DNA of 64,000 nt from NCBI GenBank assembly GCA_035529855.1, contig DATKVX010000007.1:5603-69602 (forward strand), in the 5' to 3' direction. Shown here in pieces: positions 46,129-53,951 of the stretch. Within the stretch, counting starts at the first letter, position 1, and each line of letters begins with the position of its first letter. This DNA comes from a bacterium (GTDB lineage: Bacteria > RBG-13-66-14 > B26-G2 > WVWN01). The translations under genes were made by a program, and so were the position numbers. The notes beneath the pieces were generated by a model that saw only the letters and a program-made list of their open reading frames with translations, did no database searches and had not been told where the DNA came from.

Positions 46129-46821
46129 GTGGCCGATTGGCGGCGTTACGAGCTGTTGGTAGAAGGCCCGGGCGGCGCGGCGGAGAACATGGCCCGCGAC
46201 GAAGCGCTACTGGCGGCGTATCGCGCGGGCGAGGCGCCTCCCGGTTGGCGGTTGTATGCGTGGCTCGAGCCGGCGGTGACGTACGGCCGCGGCCAACGGG
46301 CGCCGCACTGGGACGGCGTGGCGGCGGTTCCGCGGCTCAGCGGCGGCGGCTACGTGCCCCACGGCGCGGATTTCACGTACTGCGTCGTGCGCGAGCGGCG
46401 CCGGGGCTTCGATAACTACGAGGATATCGTCGCCGTGGTCGCGGCGGCGCTTAGGGAATTGGGCGTGGCTGCCTCCGTATGGCGGGGCGCGCCGGCGGGG
46501 CGGGCCGACCGGTGTTTCGCTTCCCTCGCGCCGTACGACATCCACGTCTGCGGCCGGAAGGTCGCCGGGTGCGCCCAACGGCGTTACAAGGATGCCGTAC
46601 TCCACCACGGCTCGATCGCCGCGGCGGCTCCGCCCGAAATATTACGCCGGCTGGGCCTTTGGGACGAGACGCGGACGGCGTCGCTGGCGGAACTTTTAGG
46701 AAGGCCGGTTGTTTTGGCGGAATTCGCCCGGGCGCTGGCCGCAGCTACGGGTATGAAACCGGCTTACGCCGGCGTCGGCAGCGCGCGCGGAGAAGCGGAG
46801 TTGCGTTGCGTAAAGGAATAA
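46129..46821 (+). CDS. Lipoate-protein ligase / octanoyltransferase family protein (catalytic domain only)
   Basis: ENMARDEALL..., RLSGGG and GRKVAGCAQRR...HHGS motifs of the BPL_LplA_LipB fold. Follows the gcv genes directly. Confidence 0.75.
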   Translation: MADWRRYELLVEGPGGAAENMARDEALLAAYRAGEAPPGWRLYAWLEPAVTYGRGQRAPHWDGVAAVPRLSGGGYVPHGADFTYCVVRERRRGFDNYEDIVAVVAAALRELGVAASVWRGAPAGRADRCFASLAPYDIHVCGRKVAGCAQRRYKDAVLHHGSIAAAAPPEILRRLGLWDETRTASLAELLGRPVVLAEFARALAAATGMKPAYAGVGSARGEAELRCVKE

Positions 46822-46823
46822 TT

Positions 46824-47738
46824 ATGAGAAAAGAAGTTATCGTAGTTTCGGCAGCCTTGGCGTTTTCGCTATGTGCCTTCGTCGCTTGCAAGGGCGGGCC
46901 CCCGGCCGGCGAATCGGAAGCGGTCGCTAGCGTGGGGGACGCGGTCCTCACGGCCGACGACCTCGACCGCCTCGACGAAGACCAGCATAAGGTTAAAATG
47001 CCCACGTATCTTACGAAGGAAGAACTGATGGAGGAGTGGATACGGAGCGAGTTGCTATACCAGCAGGCGCTCGAGGATGAAATTGATAAGGAAACGGTAT
47101 GCGCGTGGCGGTTGCGTAACAGCGCCAAGGGCGTGGTTATCCAACGCTTTTGGGAGATTAACATCTACGAAAAGTACGCCGACGTGAGCGACGAGGAAGC
47201 GCTGAAGTGGTACGAGGAGAACAAAGACGAGAAGTACCGCGCGAAGACCACCGGCGTCTGGCTGCGGCGTATCCTTTTAAATTCGAAGGAGGACGCCGAT
47301 AAAGTTATGCAGCGCCTCGAGGGCGGCGAAGATTTCGTAAAGATCGCGAGCACCGAATCGGTAACGCCCGAGAAATTGGAGGCGGGGAGCATGGGTTACC
47401 GTCGTATGGAAGACGTGAGCCCGGCATACCGCGCCGACGTCGCGAAGATGAAAAGGGGAGAAATCGCGGGGCCCTTCAAGCTCGCCAATTTCTACGTCAT
47501 AGTCAAGCTGGAGGACCGCGTCGACGCGGGCGGTTACCTGAAGCCGGTGGGCATCGGCATGGAAGCGCTGCGCGACCGGGCGAAAATAGCTCTGTGGCGG
47601 GAGACGGCCAACGGTATAGGTACGGACCTCGAAGCGGCCGCCGACATCGAGCGCCACCCGGAACGCATCCACGAGGAAGCCGTCGATATGGCTTTGGGCG
47701 AGGAGTATCGCAAAGGGGCGCCGGCCGAGGCGAAATAA
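46824..47738 (+). CDS. Lipoprotein peptidyl-prolyl isomerase (parvulin/PrsA-SurA-like)
   Basis: ATG 46824. Signal peptide with a lipobox-like FVAC and a PpiC-type domain (WLRRILL...GGEDFVKIA...GSMGY...GEIAGPF). Confidence 0.7.
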   Translation: MRKEVIVVSAALAFSLCAFVACKGGPPAGESEAVASVGDAVLTADDLDRLDEDQHKVKMPTYLTKEELMEEWIRSELLYQQALEDEIDKETVCAWRLRNSAKGVVIQRFWEINIYEKYADVSDEEALKWYEENKDEKYRAKTTGVWLRRILLNSKEDADKVMQRLEGGEDFVKIASTESVTPEKLEAGSMGYRRMEDVSPAYRADVAKMKRGEIAGPFKLANFYVIVKLEDRVDAGGYLKPVGIGMEALRDRAKIALWRETANGIGTDLEAAADIERHPERIHEEAVDMALGEEYRKGAPAEAK

Positions 47739-49217
47739 GTGGACCGGGACTTGGAATCGGTTCAGGAGGCGCGCGACAAAATCCGGGCCGGCCGGCGGGC
47801 GGCCGCGGCGTTCGCCACTTTCGACCAGGCCGCGACGGACCGCATCGTTGCGGCTATGGCCCGCGCCGCGGAGGGTGCCGCCGACGAGCTCGCGCGCCGG
47901 GCCGCGGCGGAAACCGGCTTCGGCGTCGTCGAGCATAAAACTTTAAAAAACCTCTTCGCCGCGCGCGACGTTTACCGATACATTAAAGATTTAAAGACCT
48001 GCGACGTAATCGCCGAGGACCCCGCCCGAGGTATCGTCGAAATCGCGGTTCCCGTCGGCCTTATAGCCGGCGTAACGCCCGTCACGAATCCCACTTCCAC
48101 CATTATCTATAAGGCCCTTATCTCGCTGAAAGCCCGCAACGCCGTGGTCTTCTCGCCGCACCCGGGGGCGCTCGAGTGCTCGCTGGAGGCGGCGCGCTTG
48201 ATGGCCCAGGCCGCGGTTTCGGCCGGCGCGCCGGAGGGCGTCATAGGTTGTTTGACCCAACCCACGGCCGAAGCCGCGCGCGAGATAATGAGCCATCCCG
48301 ACGTGGACTTAATACTCGCGACCGGCGGGATGGCTATGGTGCGGGCGGCCTATTCTTCCGGGAAGCCCGCGTACGGCGTCGGCCCGGGTAACGTACCGGC
48401 GTACGTCGACCGCAGCGCCGACGTCGCGCACGCCGTGTCGTGCATCGTCGAGTCGAAGACCTTCGACAACGGCGTGATCTGCTCGTCGGAGCAAGCGGTG
48501 GTGTGCGACGCGCCGGCCCGCTCGGCCGCGGTCCGGGAGTTCGAACGCGCCGGGTGCGTCTTCCTTACCGACGAACAGAAGGACGCGGTCGCCGCGGTGC
48601 TCGACGACAACGGCAAGCTCAACAACGCCGTCGTGGGGCAACCGGCGGCGCGCGTCGCCGCGATGGCGGGGTTGGACGTGCCGGCCGACGCGAAGATTCT
48701 TATAGGTTTCGAGGACCGCGTGGGCCGCGACGTGCCGTTCTCCTGGGAAAAAATTTCGCCCGTGCTCGCGTGGTACGACGTCCCGGATTGGGTGAAGGGG
48801 TGCGAGCGCTGCCTGGATATCCTGGCCAACGGCGGCATGGGCCATACGCTGGCCGTCCACGCGCGGGACGAGCAGGTCATCCGCGAGTTCGGCCTCCGCA
48901 AGCCGGTGTTCCGCGTCGTCGTCAACACGCCCGCTTCGCAGGGCGCTATAGGCTTGACTACCAACCTGGCGCCCGCGCTGACGCTGGGCTGCGGGACCCT
49001 CGGCGGCAACATCACGTCCGACAACATCACGCCGATGCACCTGCTGCATATAAAGAGGGTGGCTTCCGGCCGACCCCGGGAGGGAATCGAACCGAACGGG
49101 TTAACCTCTCCCGGCGCGGCGCAGAGCGCGGGCAAACCCGCCGCGGCCGCCGACCCGAACCTTGTCGAGCGCGTGGTCGAAGAAGTCCTGCGCGAGTTGG
49201 AGCGGGGGGGAAGCTAA
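47739..49217 (+). CDS. CoA-acylating aldehyde dehydrogenase (EutE/PduP-like), BMC-associated
   Basis: VTPVTNPTST, catalytic FDNGVICSSEQ and GxG motifs. About 50 aa of C-terminal extension end in an amphipathic helix, LVERVVEEVLRELE. Confidence 0.85.
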   Translation: MDRDLESVQEARDKIRAGRRAAAAFATFDQAATDRIVAAMARAAEGAADELARRAAAETGFGVVEHKTLKNLFAARDVYRYIKDLKTCDVIAEDPARGIVEIAVPVGLIAGVTPVTNPTSTIIYKALISLKARNAVVFSPHPGALECSLEAARLMAQAAVSAGAPEGVIGCLTQPTAEAAREIMSHPDVDLILATGGMAMVRAAYSSGKPAYGVGPGNVPAYVDRSADVAHAVSCIVESKTFDNGVICSSEQAVVCDAPARSAAVREFERAGCVFLTDEQKDAVAAVLDDNGKLNNAVVGQPAARVAAMAGLDVPADAKILIGFEDRVGRDVPFSWEKISPVLAWYDVPDWVKGCERCLDILANGGMGHTLAVHARDEQVIREFGLRKPVFRVVVNTPASQGAIGLTTNLAPALTLGCGTLGGNITSDNITPMHLLHIKRVASGRPREGIEPNGLTSPGAAQSAGKPAAAADPNLVERVVEEVLRELERGGS

Positions 49218-49718
49218 GTGGTCCTCGCGGTTCGGCGTTTGGTCAACGCGTTTCGGCGGCGGCCGCTGGATTTGCATATTTTCTGCCTAATCCTTTTCGT
49301 GGTGGGCGCGGTTTTCGTATTCGGTTATCAGTTCAAGGTATTCTGGGACGTTGTAATAATGGACCGTACGCCGCTGGAGGGGACGCCCGTATTTCAAGCG
49401 TTGACGGGGATGACCCTCCTGACCGACCTGCTGTGGTCTCCGTTTCTGGTCGCGGCCGCCGTCGGCATCTGGGCCTATCGCGACTGGGGACGGCGCTTGG
49501 GGTTTATAGTCGGCGGCATTTTGGCGTATATGGGGATGCAGGGATTGTTATTCTTCCCTCTCGCGCGGCGGTTCGGCGTAGACGCCGTCGAGGATTTTAC
49601 GAGGTATTACGATTTTACGGCCTATATGGCATATTATACGATTTACGCCGTAGTGGGTTTTACGATGATTTTTTATTTATGGTTTCGAAAGGTGCAGTTC
49701 CGCGAGATACTGGATTAA
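49218..49718 (+). CDS. Integral membrane protein of unknown function (about 4 TM)
   Basis: GTG 49218 directly abuts the AldDh stop codon. 166 aa, aromatic-rich TM segments. I recognise no family. Confidence 0.5.
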   Translation: MVLAVRRLVNAFRRRPLDLHIFCLILFVVGAVFVFGYQFKVFWDVVIMDRTPLEGTPVFQALTGMTLLTDLLWSPFLVAAAVGIWAYRDWGRRLGFIVGGILAYMGMQGLLFFPLARRFGVDAVEDFTRYYDFTAYMAYYTIYAVVGFTMIFYLWFRKVQFREILD

Positions 49719-49781
49719 GAGGTCTTAATAATTCGGTGAACGTGGGCAACCTATCTTTACCTCGACGCGAAAGGAGCGAGG

Positions 49782-50087
49782 ATGCCTACTAGGACGGAGA
49801 TGGCGCTGGGGATGATCGAGACCCGGGGCGTAGTGGCGGCGATCGAGGCCGCGGATGCGATGTTGAAGGCCGCGAACGTGCGGCTTATGGATAAGGTTCG
49901 CGTCGGCGGCGGCCTGGTGAGCGTGATGGTACGGGGCGAAACCGGGGCCGTGAAGGCCGCGACCGAAGCGGGCGCCGCGGCCGCCGCGAAGATCGGCGAG
50001 CTTGTCTCGGTTCACGTAATCCCTCGTCCCGACGACGCCGTGGAGTTTATATTGCCGGAGGAAGTCGGGCCGGCTAAGAAGGCTTAA
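49782..50087 (+). CDS. BMC-H shell protein (PduA/EutM/CcmK family, single Pfam00936-type domain)
   Basis: [28 protein letters not shown]...[19 protein letters not shown]...VHVIPRP. AAAGGAG lies upstream. Confidence 0.9.
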   Translation: MPTRTEMALGMIETRGVVAAIEAADAMLKAANVRLMDKVRVGGGLVSVMVRGETGAVKAATEAGAAAAAKIGELVSVHVIPRPDDAVEFILPEEVGPAKKA

Positions 50088-50103
50088 CCCGAGGTAAACG
50101 TCC

Positions 50104-50934
50104 ATGGCCGCCGACGGTCAAGAGGCTTTGGTCCGGGCGGCGACTTCGGCGGTTTTGGCTCGATTGCGGGCCGACGCCGTCCGAACGTTTGAGGCGCGCG
50201 TGGGGGTTTCGGGCCGCCACGTGCACTTGACGCCCGGGGACCTGGCGACGCTGTTCGGCCCGGGCGCCGAACTCTCCGTACGTGCGCCTCTCGTCCAGCC
50301 CGGTCAATTCAGCGCCGACCAGTTCGTCGCGGTCGTGGGGCCGTGCGCTTCCATCCCCCACGTCCGCGTCGTAGGGCCCGCGCGTCCGGAGACGGTGGTG
50401 GAGCTGCTGTATAGCGACCTGGAAACGCTCGGCCTGGGCGGCGACGTACGCGCCGGCGAACGCTTCGCCGTCGTTTTGGCCGGGCCGGCGAGTGTCGTCC
50501 GCCTGCCGGAGGGAGGCGTAGTTGCGCGGCGCCATTTGCACGCGGCGCCCGCCGACGCCGAACGTTATGGCCTTGCCGACGGCGGCAACGTCTCGGCCGC
50601 GGTGGGCGCGCCGGGACGGCGCGTTACCTTCGGCGACGTTTTGGTAAGGGTTGGCGAAAATGCCGCGCTCGAGCTCCACGTCGACCGGGACGAGGCCAAC
50701 GCCTGCAGCGCCCGCACCGGCGACGTCGCGACGATAGTAGTTGGAGGCGCGCCAACGGCGAGGCCCGCGGGCGGCACGTCTTCGCGCCGGCCTACGCGCC
50801 CGTTGATAACGGAAGAGGACGTAGTCGAGGCCTACCGCGCGGGGACGGTCCCGTCGTTATCCGGAGCGATTCTAACGCCGTACGCCCGGGACGCGGTGCG
50901 GAAATACTTCCCGGAGTTGCTTAAAAGTTCATAG
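50104..50934 (+). CDS. pduL: Phosphotransacylase PduL with N-terminal helix and C-terminal extension
   Basis: Duplicated motifs VGVSGRHVHLTPGD and VARRHLHAAP, and ELHVDRDEANA, colinear with Salmonella PduL as recalled. Confidence 0.85.
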   Translation: MAADGQEALVRAATSAVLARLRADAVRTFEARVGVSGRHVHLTPGDLATLFGPGAELSVRAPLVQPGQFSADQFVAVVGPCASIPHVRVVGPARPETVVELLYSDLETLGLGGDVRAGERFAVVLAGPASVVRLPEGGVVARRHLHAAPADAERYGLADGGNVSAAVGAPGRRVTFGDVLVRVGENAALELHVDRDEANACSARTGDVATIVVGGAPTARPAGGTSSRRPTRPLITEEDVVEAYRAGTVPSLSGAILTPYARDAVRKYFPELLKSS

Positions 50935-50945
50935 TAAGTTATAAT
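50917..50945 (+). promoter_or_regulatory. Candidate internal promoter (TTGCTT-17-TATAAT) at the pduL 3' end
   Basis: TTGCTT at 50917-50922, a 17-nt spacer and a perfect TATAAT at 50940-50945. Followed by a 110-nt gap before the BMC-P gene. Confidence 0.45.
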
Positions 50946-51055
50946 TAACGAATGGCGGGAAATTCCGCCGATGTATAGCCGTCCGAAGAAGGTATTCGCG
51001 GGCCGCGGCTCCCGCGTCGATGCGTACGTCGCTGCGCAATCGGGGTAACGATGAT

Positions 51056-51328
51056 ATGATGCGTATCGCGGAAGTTGTAGGCAGCGTTTGGGCGACGCGA
51101 AAGGTCGAGAGCGTACGCGCGTTAAAAATGCTGCTCGTACGGCCGCTTGACGGAGACCTTAAACGGACGACCGAGCTGTGGGTAGCCGCCGACGTCGTGG
51201 ACGCGGGCGTAGGCGATCGCGTCTTAGTGGCCGTGGGTCGGGCGGCGCGGCTCGCCGTCGGCGACGACGCCGCGGCCGTCTCGGCGGCCGTCGTGGGCGT
51301 CGTAGATTCGGTGGACGTGCCGGCTTAA
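51056..51328 (+). CDS. BMC-P pentameric vertex protein (EutN/CcmL family)
   Basis: MMRIAEVVGSVWATRK...LLVRPLD...VAADVVDAGVGDRVLV. ATG at 51056 or 51059. Confidence 0.85.
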   Translation: MMRIAEVVGSVWATRKVESVRALKMLLVRPLDGDLKRTTELWVAADVVDAGVGDRVLVAVGRAARLAVGDDAAAVSAAVVGVVDSVDVPA

Positions 51329-51336
51329 AACTTGAG

Positions 51337-52644
51337 ATGGGCCTCGTCGAGACGGTAAGAGAAGCGGGCGTAGTGGGGGCGGGCGGCGCCGGCTTTCCCG
51401 CCCACGTGAAGTATAAATGCGGGGCGGACGTTCTCATTATCAACGGCGCGGAGTGCGAGCCGCTTTCCCATAAAGACGAAGCCATCCTGAAGGCCCGGGC
51501 CGCGGATATCGTAGTGGGCGCCGCGGCGCTCCGCGACGAGCTCGGCGCGGGCGAAGTAATACTCGCGGTCAAGGAAGCGCGCGCCCGCGAGCTCGCCGGC
51601 CTGTACGGCGGCGTGAAGGTCCATCCTCTCGCGGAGACCTATCCCGCGGGCGACGAGGCCGTCCTGGTGTACGACGTTACCGGCCGGCGGGTGCCGGCGG
51701 CGGGCGTTCCGCCCGACGTCGGCGTCGTGGTATCGAACGCCGAGACGGTGCTCAACGTCGCCCGGGCGACGCGCGGTAAGCGCGCGGAGACCACCTGGCT
51801 GGCCGTGGGCGGCGCGGTAGCGGAACCTTTCGTCGCGGAAGTACCGCTGGGAACGCCGGCCTCTTTTTTACTAGAGGAGGCCGGGGGCGCGACGGCGCCC
51901 GATTACGTCGTCTTCGACGGCGGCCCTATGATGGGGGAAGAGATAGACGCCGAGCAATACGGTGCGAAGCTGACGACCGGCCTTATTATGGTTTTGCCGA
52001 CGGACCATCCCGTCGTCGGGCGGGCGCGCCTGCCGCTGGAGCACGTCAGGACCGTCGCCGGCAGCGCCTGTACGCAGTGCCGCGACTGTACGGAGCTTTG
52101 CCCGCGGTACCTTCTGGGTTACGACGTTACGCCTCACCTCTCGATGCGGCGCTTCTTTACGTGGGGGGAGGAGGCCGAGCCCTCGTTCTTCGCGAACGCC
52201 GCGGGGTGTACCGGTTGCGGCCTGTGCGAGCTGTACGCGTGTCCGATGGCCATATCGCCGCGGCGGGTGCAGAACTACCTTCGCGGCCGGCTTCGCGACG
52301 CGGAGAAGGGTGAGGGGCTGGGGGAGGTCCACGCGGACCGCCCGGGCCGCAACGTACCGGCGAGCCGTTTGAAAAAGCGCATAGACGTGGCGGCGTACGA
52401 CCGGCCGGCGCCGGCACGCGAGCTGCGAGCCGAGCCGCGTCGCGTCGTACTAGACGTTACGCAGCCCTACGCCCCCGCGCCGGCCGTTCTCGTGAAGGAA
52501 GGGGACCGCGTCGAGGCCGGGCAAAAAATCGCGGCGCCGCCGGCGGGCGATGATTCGGGCGTGCCGGTATACGCCGGCGTGACGGGCCGGGTGGCGGCGG
52601 CCGATGCACATAGAGTAATAATAGACCGTACGCAGGCCGCGTAA
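51337..52644 (+). CDS. PduS-like / RnfC-like flavin and Fe-S oxidoreductase
   Basis: GVVGAGGAGFPAHVK, NGAECEP, and two Cys clusters CTQCRDCTELCP and CTGCGLCELYACP. The C-terminus has a barrel-sandwich-like segment (KEGDRVEAGQKIA). Confidence 0.75.
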   Translation: MGLVETVREAGVVGAGGAGFPAHVKYKCGADVLIINGAECEPLSHKDEAILKARAADIVVGAAALRDELGAGEVILAVKEARARELAGLYGGVKVHPLAETYPAGDEAVLVYDVTGRRVPAAGVPPDVGVVVSNAETVLNVARATRGKRAETTWLAVGGAVAEPFVAEVPLGTPASFLLEEAGGATAPDYVVFDGGPMMGEEIDAEQYGAKLTTGLIMVLPTDHPVVGRARLPLEHVRTVAGSACTQCRDCTELCPRYLLGYDVTPHLSMRRFFTWGEEAEPSFFANAAGCTGCGLCELYACPMAISPRRVQNYLRGRLRDAEKGEGLGEVHADRPGRNVPASRLKKRIDVAAYDRPAPARELRAEPRRVVLDVTQPYAPAPAVLVKEGDRVEAGQKIAAPPAGDDSGVPVYAGVTGRVAAADAHRVIIDRTQAA

Positions 52645-52672
52645 AGCGCCGGTGGCTAAGGAGATGTTTCCT

Positions 52673-53374
52673 ATGTGGAGGAAGACGGCCCTGCTAATCG
52701 CCGTGCTGGCCGCGGCCGCGGCGGCTTACGAAAAACCCGAGCTCGAGAAAGCGGACATCGACCCCGAAGACCTCGCGAGGTTCAAGGAAGCGTACACTTT
52801 CTATCTTGACGGCATCGGGTTCGAAAAAGAGGGGTCGTGGGTTTCGGCAAGCCAGGCCTACCGCAAGGCGGTCGAAATTTACCGTAATTACCCGGACGCT
52901 TTGTACGGCCTGGGCCGAATGGCGTTGCGGCTCGGCCGTTTGGACGAAGCGGAAGACGCGCTGCGCGAAGCGCTAACGTTGAAACCGGAATTGCATCAGG
53001 CGCATACCGAGTTGGGGAGCGTCCATTACCGGCGGGGCGATTACAACAAAGCGGCGTTGGAATATAAGGACGCCCTGAAGCACGACCCCGACGACGCCGT
53101 AACGCGCTACAATTTGGGGAACGCGTACCGTAATCTCGACAAGCCGAAGGACGCGCTCGAGGAATACGAAAAAGCGCTCAAGCGGGAACCGGACTACGTG
53201 GATTGCTACTACAATATGGCGCTGGCGTACGAGGACTTGGGTAAAGTCGAGGAAGCGATAGCGGCGTACGATAAATTCATAGAAATGGCGGGCGACGACC
53301 CGGACCAACAGGAATGGGTGAACCGGGCGAAGGAATACAAACAGAGTTTGAGAGAGGGAGAGAAGGGCGAGTAA
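52673..53374 (+). CDS. Exported TPR-repeat protein
   Basis: ATG 52673 lies 9 nt after AAGGAG (the track ORF starts at GTG 52652). Signal-like MWRKTALLIAVLAAAAAA, then about 5 TPR units (ALYGLGRMAL..., AHTELGSVHY..., TRYNLGNAYR..., CYYNMALAYE...). Confidence 0.75.
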   Translation: MWRKTALLIAVLAAAAAAYEKPELEKADIDPEDLARFKEAYTFYLDGIGFEKEGSWVSASQAYRKAVEIYRNYPDALYGLGRMALRLGRLDEAEDALREALTLKPELHQAHTELGSVHYRRGDYNKAALEYKDALKHDPDDAVTRYNLGNAYRNLDKPKDALEEYEKALKREPDYVDCYYNMALAYEDLGKVEEAIAAYDKFIEMAGDDPDQQEWVNRAKEYKQSLREGEKGE

Positions 53375-53932
53375 TTGGCGCCGCGCGAAGAGGCCATCGG
53401 TTTGGTAGAATTCTCGTCTATCGCCCGCGGCATCGAGGCGGTGGACGCGATGGTTAAGGAGGCCGAAGTGCGGCTCTTGGCATCGCGGACGTCGTGCTCC
53501 GGGAAATACATAGGGCTCGTCGCGGGCGCGGTGGCGGCGGTCAAATCGGCGGTCGCCGCCGGCAGAGAAATGGGCCGGGGGCATTACGTCGATGACCTCG
53601 TAATCCCCAACGTCCACGAGCAAGTGATGGCGGCCGCGGCCGGGACGGTGGTCGTACCCGAGAACGCCGCGTTGGGGGTCGTGGAGACGTTCTCTCTCGC
53701 CTCCTCGCTGTTGGCCGCGGACGCCGCGGTGAAGGCGGCGCCGGTCACGCTGGTCGAGGTCAGGCTTGGGACCGGCATCGGCGGCAAAGGTTTTACGACT
53801 ATGGTGGGAGAGACGGCGGCCGTCGCCGCGGCGGTGGCGGCGGGCGCCGCGGAAGCGGCCAGGCGCGGCCTGTTGGTCGCGACCGCCGTTATTCCGGCTC
53901 CCTATCAGGAAGTGCTGGACAAACTAATTTAA
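53375..53932 (+). CDS. BMC-T tandem-domain shell protein, PduT-like
   Basis: Two BMC domains in 185 aa (IGLVEFSSIARGIEAVDAM... and LGVVETFSLASSLLAADAAVKAA...). SRTSCSGKY aligns with the PduT SKTICPGKF segment that holds the [4Fe-4S] ligand Cys. Confidence 0.8.
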   Translation: MAPREEAIGLVEFSSIARGIEAVDAMVKEAEVRLLASRTSCSGKYIGLVAGAVAAVKSAVAAGREMGRGHYVDDLVIPNVHEQVMAAAAGTVVVPENAALGVVETFSLASSLLAADAAVKAAPVTLVEVRLGTGIGGKGFTTMVGETAAVAAAVAAGAAEAARRGLLVATAVIPAPYQEVLDKLI

Positions 53933-53951
53933 GGAACCGACCGGTTGCGAT

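Noticed and set aside
51178-51336. Arg-rich N-terminal extension of the PduS-like ORF (MGSRRRRGRGRRRS...). Similar upstream extensions occur on the aroK, MBL, gcvPA, gcvPB, PPIase and oorB ORFs.
   Set aside because: These extensions overlap the preceding genes in another frame, are low complexity and lack SD sequences. Internal ATG or GTG codons with good SDs coincide with the start of family homology.
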